Below, piece after piece: positions 26,538 through 39,409 of a DNA stretch of 64,000 nucleotides (position 1 is the first letter of the stretch; each line of letters begins with the position of its first letter). The notes under the pieces are model-generated. The model searched no databases. It saw only the letters and a program-made list of their open reading frames with translations, and was not told the DNA's origin. The stretch comes from the human T2T-CHM13v2.0 reference genome, Homo sapiens, in the NCBI RefSeq assembly GCF_009914755.1, contig NC_060942.1. One strand, given 5' to 3'. Position numbers and translations under genes: made by a program.

Positions 26538-27929
26538 CCCTTTGTGAATCTGTACTTCTGGAGAAAAACCCACACAACTCTGGGACATTAGTATGCATCA
26601 CAAGTAAGATTTTAAAAATAATGTAAAAAGTGTTATTTCTGTTTTTGTTACCTTGTCATTAAATAAGGTTTCTATCTTCCTTGACCTCTCAAGATCAGTG
26701 ATTTAGCTACATGTAAATGCCTTCTTGCATTGGATTCTTCCCATAAACCAGACTCCTCATTTCTCTCGTGGATTGGGCCTTCTATGACTGCACTTATATA
26801 GCTGCTTCAGAATAGAAAGCTACTTTCTCTCTTAGCAAGGTATGGCTTTTCCAATGTCCCCTCTTGCTTTGCCAAGTTGAGTTCCAAAGTTGTGTTAAAT
26901 CTCAGCTAAATCAGTGTATTTGCCTTTCCTGCTTATGGCATTAATTGCACTTTACCCGTGCTATTATTTTCCATTTAACTTCTTAGACTTCCTAATTCCT
27001 TCGTGTATTCTGGGATACCATTTGGATATGGAGATATTATGCAAATGATGTAGAAAGGGAATGAACTTCAGCACTCCAGGTCAGAGTTACTTGGCTACTT
27101 TTAAGTATTTTTTGCACCTTATTTTTTGGTCCTTGGGAACCTTGGACAATAAGCTGTTATCCACTTACATTTCTGAATTATACTTACATGAATCTGGTGC
27201 CAGAGAAAGTTCTATGGTAAAGAATTAAAAGCAATGATCCCACTGTTTACAATCAGAGCTGGTGACTAACGAGGGTGCCTCTACTGACTCCTATCCCTGT
27301 TGCTAATCTTCCTCAGAGGAGTAAAGTTCATTGAGACTGAGTATCTTCCAGACTCCTATTTTCTTCCACATAAAACTATATATTTTGTGAAAAAATTGGA
27401 TCAGGGATTTTACTCTCTCAGGCATTAACTAGTAATTCACTTTAAGAAAAGTGCAAGGAGAGGGGACAGAATGAAAATTGTAAGCTACCCTTTGGATGGG
27501 CTTATGAAAGGCCCATTTACTCACAGACTATAAGAAATGGAATGTGTATATTATCAAAAAGCAAACTGGAATCAGCCATGAAGTTGTGAATGTAAAAGAG
27601 TGGATTCTCCATCTTATTGTGTTTTTCCTTTTAACTTAAGAGCCAATTTTGCTAAGGAAGCCAAAATCCCTGTCTGCCTGGCCCATCATACTCGGATGTA
27701 TGTAGAAGGTAGACAGACAAGGCACATGACAATGGCACAGATGCTTTTGGGTTTATGTCTGTCAAAGGGGGAGAAATTGTTCTTTTAAGATCCAGATTTT
27801 GAAGGCAAATAAACAAAAATTTCAGTCCCAAACCCACCTCCTCTTCATTGTGTGGTCTTTAGTAAGTTTCTGAAAATGTTTAAGCTTGGCTTTGTCAGCT
27901 AGAAAGTGGCAATAATCATTTAACCCATA

Positions 27930-28420
27930 AGTACCAGGTCCTGGCTGGATCAGTTGGCATGCTAAAAAAAGGATAACTGAAGAGGGTTTAATCAAGAGTT
28001 CATTCAGGGTATGGACAAAGCTAAGGAACCCACTAGAAGCAGTGACGCACCCAGGGACTAGAGGTGGTGAAGGCCATTCCTACCATCAGTCCTGTAGGGA
28101 TGGGGGAGGTGGGAGCTCTTATCAGAGCACTGGGGAACCTGCACATGGGAGATACTACCCAGCAAGAGCTGCTTCAGTGAGGGATGCTGCCACCGCCACT
28201 GCCACATCACTGCCAGGCCAGGTGGGGGTGGAATAAACCCCACTAAGGCTCTTTCCTCTTGCTCTCCAATCCCATGGCAATGTGCTCCATTGGCTGCACT
28301 TGACATAAAGTCAGAGGACAAAGGAAGAGAGTGGCCAAGGAGGTGAGCTTCCTTTGCACAAAATCAGGTTAGAAAAGGATGAAGAGTGGATATGGAGGAG
28401 CAAATAGATAATTTTCAGCA
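27930..28420 (-). mobile_element. Probable ERVL-type (LTR33-like) remnant; similar sequence at about 19170-19650 and 28880-29290
   Basis: Diverged resemblance only. Confidence 0.35.
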
Positions 28421-29495
28421 TCTCTCTGTATTAGATGACTGTTGTTTGCCCAGTATCCCTTCTTTTGAGTAAATGCTATGCCTCGCTCCATAAAACTTGA
28501 ATGAGGCTGAAATAACATTTACCCCTCTCCAATGACCAGGACCAGAGAACTTCATCACCCTACCCTCTAGCAAATCAATCAAATTCAAATTTGAGATTTA
28601 ATACAGGGTTTCTGGAAAATAGATAATCTCTTTTTCATCTGGATTATGAGCCATAAGGATGTAGACTTGGGGCAAGCAACAGTCATCTTTCCAGTTATAC
28701 AGAAAGAACTAGCCTGACAGCAAAGACAATGCAAAAAGAGCACAGAAGAGTCCAGGAATAGGGAGAAAGAGGCAGGTCCATGGTGACTTTGTTTGAGGCC
28801 CTTTGTTTAATTATATCTAAAGGCAGTTATGCTTTTTAACATTTCAGTAATATGCTTTTTAATATCCTATTTTGGAAGAGTGGAAAAAGTTAATAAGGAA
28901 ATGTGAAGCACCCAGAGGTTAGCAACAACAGAAAGTCTCTATGATATCAGAAATGGAGCACAAAGGGAGGCAATGGCACTACGGGATTCTCTGAGTTGGG
29001 GCCTCAGTAGGACCTGGAATCATGGAGAAGGAACTGCTTAGGAAATGCCAAGGCTGCCAAGCTGGAAGCATGGCAAAGACTGCACAACAGGAACCGAAAC
29101 CAGAGAAGAGATGCTACCTCAAGTACAGAGAGTGAGAAGAAATAGTCTGGCTTCTCCTTCCCTTCCACCCTTTGGATGCCTGCTCCTCTGCCTTCACTTA
29201 GCTAAACCTAATTGTGAGACTAACATTCAGAGCTGAGCAGAAAAAGGGGCAGGGTATGGCTTTCAGAGCAAATGAGTAATACACGTGGTCAGGACATATT
29301 CATTCTGCTTTCCTCTTTCCTTCCAAAATGCATTCCAAACTTTAGTGAAGGATACACAATTTTTTTCTCAAATCTCAGAGAATGGGGGTCAGGTTATTTT
29401 CTGCTTAGAAACTTGAGTGGGTTACTACATAAGACAAGGCAATTTGGTCTGATATTCAAGTTCATTTAGACTATTGCCATAATTTATGGGCATGA

Positions 29496-29866
<371 letters not shown>

Positions 29867-31427
29867 TGCTCTTTTTGATTAGAGTATATTTTCCTGCACT
29901 TGCTAATAATATTCCTTCTGCCAGGCTTACCATCTTCTTCCCCATTTTTCTTTACTGAGATTTTATCTTCACATCACAAATTAAGTGCTATTCCTTCAAG
30001 AAACATACTGGCTTGCCCAAACTTTGTTGTATCTCTCCCTTCTTAAACTCTTATATCATTCTCATGGCACTTAACACTTTAGATTTTGTGTTTTAGATAT
30101 TGAAATTTCTATCATATGCTTTGATAATAGATTGTGGTTTCTGCAAAGGCAAAGAGTGCTTTCCTCAACTTTGTATCCTTTGGGGTGGGTTTAAATGATC
30201 TCTTATACCTACTAGGTGTTTGATAAATGTTTGTTGTAGCAGATGAACACCTGAAACAGTAATTCAGAACCTTAGGTTCTAGTATTTTCTATGTCACATT
30301 AGTGTGACTTGCAGAATGGCTCAGCTTAGCTTTTCCTATGTATAATGATTTCAGACTAGATGAATTCCAGGGTCCCTCCTGGCCCTTTCAATTCCCTAAT
30401 TTCAAGTAGAATTTAGAAGAAAAAATTTGTAAGCAGCAATTTTATAGTTCTATTATGGAATTTCTACTTGGGGAAAGCTAACATTTCATGATCTCATTCT
30501 TGCTGGATTCTTTCTCAAGATTTTCCATGGAGCTGAAATTTACCCATGACCTTGAGAAAGAAATGCACATGCTTCATGATCCTCACTCCACTTTCTTGTC
30601 CTTAATGCTTTTCCTCTGATGATTGCTCATTTCACACCCCAAAAGCAACTCATTTTATAAACCTTTTACAGCGCAGCAAGCAGTAAAGAATAAGAAATTA
30701 CAAAATATTATATCCTATGAAGAAACACTCTCCTAATGCATCCACAAAGAATCAAGCTCATAATTGCTGGTTTGTCAATTATAATGGTAAAATATGTATT
30801 TATATAATACATATGATATGTTGGATGCTATTGGAGTGAGTTTGGCATATTTATTTATTTATTTTTTATGGTACTCATCCATGTTTCTGTTCATATATAG
30901 GATAACAAATTCAGAAACAATGGGAAAGTAATATATGAAACCTTAATAGAAAATACAATAGAGATTACAAAACACTACCATTTGATTTTTTATGCAAATA
31001 CTTCAATATTCCAATATTTTTACTCACTTGCTAAATAAAGCACATGACTCGAAATGCTAAATAATTCTGTTAGTCTAAATCTTTTAGATAAAATGTTGGT
31101 GAAAAACCAAAATTGTTTGTAAGGTATGTATGACCTTGTTTATTATCTATCACAGACATCAAGATGATCATAGTTAATACCAATTTAAGCTTTATAGAAT
31201 ACTCTTTTAGGCCCAATATTGATATATTAAATGAAGGTATCAGAGAATCTTGTATTTATGGCATCAGGTTATAAAGATCTACTCAAAACCATTTTTGTCA
31301 AAGTTTAAGCACTGGAACAAAAGTCAAATTCTTTCTAAATGAGACACAAATGATTCTTGCTAATAGTACAAATTTTGTCCCATGGGCAATACTATTGTCT
31401 TTTTCTTTTTTAAAACAATTATTTCGA

Positions 31428-31610
31428 TTTTTTTTTTAGATTCAGGGAACACATGGGCAGGTTTGTTAGCTGGGTGTACTGTGTGATGTTGAGGTTTAGG
31501 GTATGGATGATCCTGTCACCCAGGTAGTGAGCAGAGTCCCCAGTAGGTAGTTTTTCAGCTCTTGTTCCCGCTCCCCACCTACCTCCCCAGTGTCTGTTAT
31601 TCCCATGGGT
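31428..31610 (-). mobile_element. L1PA/PB 3'UTR fragment within the TERF1 3'UTR copy
   Basis: ttttagattcagggaacacatgggcaggtttgttagctgggt...gatcctgtcacccaggtagtgagc. Confidence 0.8.
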
Positions 31611-31815
31611 CCTCAGGTATTACTATTTTCAAGTTTTTTTCTTTACATGAAACTACTGAAAGCGAAAGTATGTCACGCTTATAGGTTACTCTGTACATTT
31701 ATCATTCTATTAATAAACATCTTAAGTAATTAAGTAGTATATTAAGGCCATAAACCAAGTCATTATCTCCTGTCAAAGGACTACTGTTATTCAATTGTCT
31801 AGAAAATTCATTTTA

Positions 31816-32115
<300 letters not shown>

Positions 32116-32470
32116 TTAATGGATTATGTTACAGTGTTGAGGTCAGCCTACAGACACAAAATAGGTTAACTGAATTTTTTTTTCATAACAGGTTTTAATT
32201 TTTTCATTGGAACAGGTTTTGGGGGTGGGGATACTAAATGTGGCAGGGTTCAACAAACTTACATTTTATCAAAATAAAGTTCTTAAAGAATACAATGATA
32301 GCACATGCTTTAACTCTTACAGCACAAACCCTCATATTAATTGATGGTCACAGAAAAATACTGTAATGCTTTAAACAAAAGTTTTAAAATACATCAATGA
32401 CACAAGTTTCAAACAAAATACAGTGATCAAAATACTTAACTGTCCTTTCATCAAGCTTTTACAAACACAA

Positions 32471-33688
32471 TCAGTCTTCGCTGTCTGAGCAAATCAGTTT
32501 TAGTTTCTTCGTGGTCCTCCATCTGTCTTTTAATGTGACACTTGTCCGGTTGTTGAATTTATAATGCAATAGTATTTTAGACCAGTTTCCCTCTCCATAT
32601 TTCCTCACGCCAGATCTCAAATTCTTGTCTTCTTCCTGAAGCCATGCCTGTCTTTTTCTAGCTTGATGTTTTTCAGGAGTTACCGGTTGACTCTTTGAAA
32701 CAGGTATTCTGCTTTCAGTGGCTCTTCTGCTTTCTTTTTTCTTTTTTGTACTTTGAAGAGTTCCTACTCTTCTTTCTTTCTTATTAAGGTCTTGTTGCTG
32801 GGTCCCATGTTGCAACTTAGATAAGAAAAGATTCTTATGAGACCTTTTTCTTGTATCCAAACTAGCTTCAGTTTCCATTTCAACATAATTACCATTAAGT
32901 TTATCTTGAGAAGTTATTGTTCTTGTTCTTTTACTTTCTACTACTTTTGCTGCTGCCTTCATTAGAAAGGTTGATGATTTTTCACTTAGCACATAATTCA
33001 CATAACTCTTAATTTTCTCCATCATGTGATTGTAGCTGAAGTGTTGAAAAAAGGAATGAAATGTATCTTTCTGAGAGATTATCATAAGCAATTTGCTTTT
33101 GAGAGGCATATAAGAATTTGGATCACCAAATAGTCTTTCAAAGACTTCTTCTGCTTCTTTAAAGTTGCCATTTTCCATACAAACAGCTATAGCCTGTATT
33201 TTAATTAAATTCTGTATTTCTTCTTGAAGTTTGTCATGTTTCTTTTCAATTGAACCCCAAATTATCAGGGCCGATTCCAAGGGTGTAATTCGTTCATCAT
33301 TTTCAAACTGTGCATCAAGGGTTTTTCCTGCTGCAATTCTTGTCAAAAACTGACATATGTATATCGTTCTCAACTGGTAAGCTGTTAGACTGGATAGTCC
33401 ATGAATAATAGCCTCTGCGCTGTTGCGGGTCCTGCAGAAGTCCTCAGAGCGGCCGTCGCGGAAAGCTCGGCAAAGAGAGAAACAGAGGAACTCGAGCATC
33501 CAGCCGGCAGCCACGGCCTCGGCCTCGGCCTCGGCCACCAGGCCCGCGTCCTCCTCCTCCTCCTCGGGGGCCCCCACCTGCACCTGGCACTTGAGCCGTT
33601 CCTGGCATTCGAACTGCTCCTCGTCGTTTCTCTCTGTTTCTGCCATCTGCTCCTCGGTAGGGTCGGCATCCCTACCATCCGCCGGCAT
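32471..33688 (-). CDS. TERF1P: Intact 405-aa TRF1/PIN2-like ORF (acidic region, TRFH, Myb domain); expression unknown
   Basis: No stop or frameshift from the TSD-borne ATG (33688-33686) to the native stop after ...ICSDSED. Confidence 0.5.
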   Translation of the reverse strand: MPADGRDADPTEEQMAETERNDEEQFECQERLKCQVQVGAPEEEEEDAGLVAEAEAEAVAAGWMLEFLCFSLCRAFRDGRSEDFCRTRNSAEAIIHGLSSLTAYQLRTIYICQFLTRIAAGKTLDAQFENDERITPLESALIIWGSIEKKHDKLQEEIQNLIKIQAIAVCMENGNFKEAEEVFERLFGDPNSYMPLKSKLLMIISQKDTFHSFFQHFSYNHMMEKIKSYVNYVLSEKSSTFLMKAAAKVVESKRTRTITSQDKLNGNYVEMETEASLDTRKRSHKNLFLSKLQHGTQQQDLNKKERRVGTLQSTKKKKESRRATESRIPVSKSQPVTPEKHQARKRQAWLQEEDKNLRSGVRKYGEGNWSKILLHYKFNNRTSVTLKDRWRTTKKLKLICSDSED

Positions 33689-34559
33689 ATTTATTACAAT
33701 TTATTTTTATGAAAAAAGATTAAAAAGAGATATGTCTGCTCTAAGCAGTTACGTGAAAATGGATAAATACAAAAGCAAGCACAAGAGTATTCAGTAGAGA
33801 ATTCTGAGCCTGAACAATCAAGTTTCAGGCAAATCTTGTGTGGTTCATAATTTTAGCCCTTTATTATGCAAACCTGCCCATTCAATTTTCCAATGCAAGA
33901 ACTGTTTGGGGTGATTATCAAGTTATATTTACTGTTCTGTGGATCTACTAAAAGATGCACTATCTTGAAAGAGTCTGTTCAAATTACCTTGGAACACACT
34001 TTTAGATCCTCTTTTGTAAGCAAAAGTTGACAGACTAAAATGTATTCTTTTTTAACTGGCATCAGCATGTGAGACTTTAGAAAAATTGGTAGAGCAAATA
34101 ATGATTCTGTTGCAGAGCCAGACAAATAACTTCCAAATCAACAAATTCAAACAGAGAAAAAAAGTTGCTGATCTTAGATGAATTGCCACGTTGCCACTTC
34201 CTTTCACATGTGTCTTGGTAGAAAAACTCTCATATAGAATTTTTCCCACCCATCAGAAGAAAGTAGTTATTATCTCAATTTCCTATCTCCTCTTCTGCAT
34301 CTCACCTTCTGAGGAGATAAATATTAGAATCTCAAAGTATCCACTGCTAAAACCCAGAGAGAAGGGGTTGGGATGCAAGTTGGAAAAACTGGGAAAGTAT
34401 TAACTTCTGGACTTATCTTCCCCCTCTGGCTTCTCTCATCTCTCTCAGTCTGTCTGTCTGTGTCTCTCTCTATCTTCCTTCCTCTTTCTAAAAGAAGACC
34501 TTGAAAGAGTTTTATGTATATGCAGAATCAAATTTCTCTCATCTCTTCTTCTCTCTTCA

Positions 34560-35400
34560 GTGCACTCTGTTTAGGCTTCTGTTGTCATCTCTCCACCAAA
34601 ACTGTTTTAGTCAACATCGTCGATGACCTCAATGCCACTAACACCAAAGTTCTAGTTTCAAGCTTTGTCTAACTCAACTCTAGCAGCATGAAACACAACT
34701 TATTACTCTCTACTCCTTGAAGCATTGTCTTGTCTTCCAGGAATATACACTGCCAGTGTTCCTTCTCTTATTGCCTGCTCTTTTTCAAGGTTCCTTGCTG
34801 GCTCCTCTTTTTCTTTCTGACAAATAGAAGTATTTCATGGCTCAGGCCTTGAAACTCTTCCCTTATCCATCTAACTATCCATTCACACTCACTTTCTTCA
34901 TGAGTTCATTTAGTCTTGTGATAACTTCTAAATACATAACTTTAGTCTCAGCCTCTTTCCTGAGATATAGACTCAGAGATCCAGCTGACTACCTGATGTC
35001 TCCACTTGAATGTTCAATGGCCATCTCAAAGTCAACATGTCCAGAACCAAGCTTCTATATTCAATCCAGCCTCCCCAAATTTGCTTCTGCTCAGCCTGCC
35101 GCAACTCAGTGGATGGTGATACCATTGATCCAGTCAGGACTAGGACAAGAGTGAAGTAAGCCAACCACTTAGGCACAAACTTTAAGGCATTCAGAGCACC
35201 AAGGAAGTGCTGACCTTGCTTTTGCATGGCTATGCAAGGGCCTCCTTAAATTGTATGCCCTCAACATCTCACTTGGCTCACCCTAGTACCAGCCCTGCTT
35301 CTTCTTGCTCAAGCCAAAAACTTCAGCATCATCCTTTATGCCTCTGTTTCTCTCACTGTCTCTTCCAATCTACCAGGATATCCTATTGGCTCTACCTTCA
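34560..35400 (+). mobile_element. L2 remnant containing a MER96-like hAT MITE (about 35131-35297)
   Basis: L2 motifs ctccacttgaatgttcaatggccatctcaaagtcaacatgtccagaacc; MITE ends caggactagg.../ccctagtaccagccctg. Confidence 0.65.
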
Positions 35401-35579
35401 TTAATATTAAAGTGTTTGATCCAGTTATTAAAGAAATAATTAGATATATCAAAAGTAATGGAGGAGTTATTATAAAAATATAATTCTTGTCCTAAAGAAG
35501 AAAAACCAAAAGTCTGCTCTTATTTTCACAAAGGCAGGGAACTAATAGAAGATAGACATACTGTTTCAAGGTGTTTAAA

Positions 35580-35890
35580 AAAATTAATAGACTTTGATTT
35601 TTAGACCAGTTTTAGGTTTTCAGAAAATGTGAGCAAAATATATGGTGTTCCTGTATACTCTCTTCCCCCACCAGCCTCTGGTTTTTCCTATTGTTAACAT
35701 TTTGTGTTGGTGTGGCGCATTTGTTACAACTGATGAACCAATATTCATGCATTATGATTAACTAACATCCACAGTTTATATTAGGATTTAGTCCCTGTGT
35801 TGTACGGTTCTATGGGCTTTGCTAAATGCATTATATCATATATTTCCCATAACAGTATCTTAAAGAATAATTTCACTGCCCTAACAATCT
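35580..35890 (-). mobile_element. L1MC-like 3' fragment
   Basis: atagactttgatttttagaccagttttaggtttt; catttgttacaactgatgaaccaatatt. Confidence 0.75.
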
Positions 35891-37090
35891 TCAGGGGCTT
35901 ATTTCCCCTTAGCTAGCAGTGACGTCTTTAGGTACAAGTACACACCACCTATAACAACTTAATTTATTGCCTTCTAGGCAAGCCAGGGCAGGGACTGAGG
36001 ACAGTGACAATGTCACCTATCTTCCATTCAGGAGCCTGTGTTTGGTGCAGAGCCCAGGGTTCCTAGGTCCAGCCTATATGCTCCAACGGTGGTTTCCTAC
36101 ACTCAAAGACAATGAACTTGCAGACACATCACAAATGCCCGGTGCTCTGCAAAGCTGTCCTGATTCCTCCTAGCAACATGAGTTGCCACATTTTCTTTAC
36201 TCTAAGATGTCAGGCACATGATCATGGTATTCATCAGGCTGTCTGATCCTCTGATTATATGTCAGTCTCCCAGACTAGATCAGGGGCTTTTCAAGGGCAG
36301 AAGCTCCGTCTTAGTCATCTGTGTCTTCCTCAGGGCCTGTACTTGCCATTTGTTGATAATATGAAAAGAGTTGGGGTTGTGAGGGGGAGGAAGAAGGATA
36401 GTGGAATGAATAAAGGGAAAAGAGGGAAAGAAAAAAGACATGGAGATAGGGAAGGTGTTTGTGCCCATGCCCTCGGTCATAGGTCACTATGGGTGGGCAC
36501 AGGTGTTCAGCACCAGAATGACAGGAAGATGAGCAAGAGAGGGCATCTCTGAGTCAGGGCTGGTGCATTTCTCACACCCAACAATCCAGCTACATCACTG
36601 ACGAATCTGGGATGTTGTACTTTTCCCCACCAGCAGCCCTAGTTGCACATGACAGGCTATCGCCTGCTATTGCACTGACTTCATATAGTCCTAGGACCTC
36701 AGGGTTAATGAGTTCTCAGTTACGTGGAACAGCTTTGTTTGATAGGTTACTCTAGTTTTATATGTAAGAAAACTTGGCGTTCTTATATTATTTAATATAT
36801 TGATTTGCTACATTGTATAAAAAGACAAATAAATGAGACTTCTTTAAACTGTCTTAGAAGAAGTCTCAAGTCTCCTGTGGCTCTCAAACCTCAGTGCGGA
36901 CAGGCACTTCACGACATTTGTTGTCCATAGTGTACTTGTTTGGACAGTTTCTCAATTTCCAAACAGCAGTGATGTTTTTTGCAACAAATAAATTACAAAA
37001 CAAAATATTTCACGTTTTGTCCTCCCTCTGATAGAAATCTTTGTGGTCCTAAACAATTAAAGCTCCTTAGTTTAAATTGGAAGTATTATT

Positions 37091-38482
37091 TTATTTTATT
37101 TATTTTATTTTTTTTTTAATTGATCATTCTTGGGTGTTTCTCGCAGAGGGGGATTTGGCAGGGTCACAGGACAATAGTGGAGGGAAGGTCAGCAGATAAA
37201 CAAGTGAACAAAGGTCTCTGGTTTTCCTAGGCAGAGGACCCTGCGGCCTTCCGCAGTGTTTGTGTCCCTGGGTACTTGAGATTAGGGAGTGGTGATGACT
37301 CTTAAGGAGCATGCTGCCTTCAAGCATCTGTTTAACAAAGCACATCTTGCACCGCCCTTAATCCATTCAACCCTGAGTGGACACAGCACATGTTTCAGAG
37401 AGCACAGGGTTGGGGGTAAGGTCACAGATCAACAGGATCCCAAGGCAGAAGAATTTTTCTTAGTACAGAACAAAATGAAAAGTCTCCCACGTCTACCTCT
37501 TTCTACACAGACACGGCAACCATCCGATTTCTCAATCTTTTCCTCACCCTTCCCCCCTTTCTATTCCACAAAACCGCCATTGTCATCATGGCTCGTTCTC
37601 AATGAGCTGTTGGGTACACCTCCCAGACGGGGTGTTGGCCGGGCAGAGGGGCTCCTCACTTCCCAGTAGGGGCGGCCAGGCAGAGGCGCCCCTCACCTCC
37701 CGGACGGGGAGGCTGGCTGGCCGGGGGGCTGACCCCCCCACCTCCCTGCCGGACAAGGTGGCTGCCGGGCAGAGACGTTCCTCACTTCCCAGACGGGGTG
37801 GCTCCTGGGCGGAGGGGCTTCTCACTTCTCAGACGGGGTGGCTGCCGGGCGGAGGGGCTCCTCACTTCTCAGACGGGGCGGTTGCTAGGCAGAGGGTCTC
37901 CTCACTTCTCAGACGGGGCGGCCGGGCAGAGACGCTCCTCACATCCCGGACGGGGTGGCAGGGCAGAGGTGCTCCCCACATCTCAGACGATGGGCGGCTG
38001 GGCAGAGACGCTCCTCACTTCCCAGATGGGATGGCGGCCGGGCAGAGACGCTCCTCACTTTCCAGACTGGGCAGCCAGGCAGAGAGGCTCCTCACATCCC
38101 AGACGATGGGCGGCCGGGCAGAGACGCTCCTCACTTCCCAGACGGGGTGGCGGCCGGGCAGAGGCTGCAATCTCGGCACTTTGGGAGGCCAAGGCAGGCT
38201 GCTGGGAGGTGAAGGTTGTAGCGAGCCGAGATCACGGCACCTCGGGAGGCCGAGGCTGGTGGATCACTCGCGGTTAGGAGCTGGAGACCAGCCCAGCCAA
38301 CACAGCGAAACCCCGTCTCCACCAAAAAAATACGAAAACCAGTCAGGCGTGGCGGCGCACGCCTGCAATCGCAGGCAGTCAGCCAGCAGGCTGAGGCAGG
38401 AGAATCAGGCAGCAGTACCGTACAGCTTCAGCTCGGCATCAGAGGGAGACCGTGGGGAGAGGGAGAGGGAGAGGGAGAGGGC
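37091..38482 (-). mobile_element. SVA (probably SVA_C/D), all domains present but compact
   Basis: Short (CCCTCT)n at about 38455-38481, Alu-like domain about 38160-38450, VNTR about 37610-38160, SINE-R about 37120-37610, A-rich tail; perfect 18-bp TSD taaattggaagtattatt 37073-37090 / 38483-38500. Confidence 0.97.
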
Positions 38483-39409
38483 TAAATTGGAAGTATTATT
38501 AAGGAAAGTTGAAATTTTATGAAAGTGATTAAATTGAAGATTCAAAAATGTGTCTACATTTGGGAATATAGATTATGACTTTAATGTTAACTTTTTTGAT
38601 CTGATACCATTTCCAAAAATTTAGCCTACAGAAATACTAAAACATATGTGCAGTTATAGGTTAAAAGAATATGATGAAATTATTTGCAGTAGGACAAAAT
38701 TTAAAACAATTCAAATGGTTTTAAAAGGGGATTAAATAACTATATTTAATGATGAGTAAGTAGTAGGTTAAAAAACGAATTATTCTGAATAATAAGAAAA
38801 ATAAAGATTCTAAGATACGTATTCAGTGAAGAAAGTTTCAGGATCACATGTTTGCTATTATTTCATTTTTGCAAAACAAACAAGAATAAAACCAAAAGCT
38901 ACACAGGCACGCGTGCACGCACACCCACACACAGCGCAAGACACTTGTGAATTGAAGGGGGTAATGTTAATATTCACACAGGAACCATCAGCATGATATA
39001 AGAGTGTCAAGAAAACCAGGATCTATAACCACCTTAATTTAATGGACTTTATATTCTGTATTATACCTTACTATCTATAAGAATAAAATTAAATTTTCCA
39101 TACTTAAAGTATCTATAAAAAAAATTGAGTAAATTGTAATCTTGGATCTCAAGTCCAGTTCCTTTAGTTCTCTCAGAACTATCTCCCTTCATTTCAAAGT
39201 TCATGGATTGATTTTTGGTTTTCCTAAAATGTACCACTGTATTTTAAATTTACACATCACCAGGGCATTCTTTTTTCTTGTTCTCTTATTATTAGAACAT
39301 ACATTTAACCCCTTCTGACAATCTAGTCATTGTAAACCTCCCAGCTTTATCAACTGTCATCTTCCAAGTACTCACAGTGCAGATTTCTGGTATTACAATG
39401 GCCTTAAAT

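Noticed and set aside
37602-38522. 306-aa plus-strand ORF and overlapping ORFs
   Set aside because: Antisense read of the GC-rich SVA VNTR and Alu-like region; repetitive peptide, not a gene.
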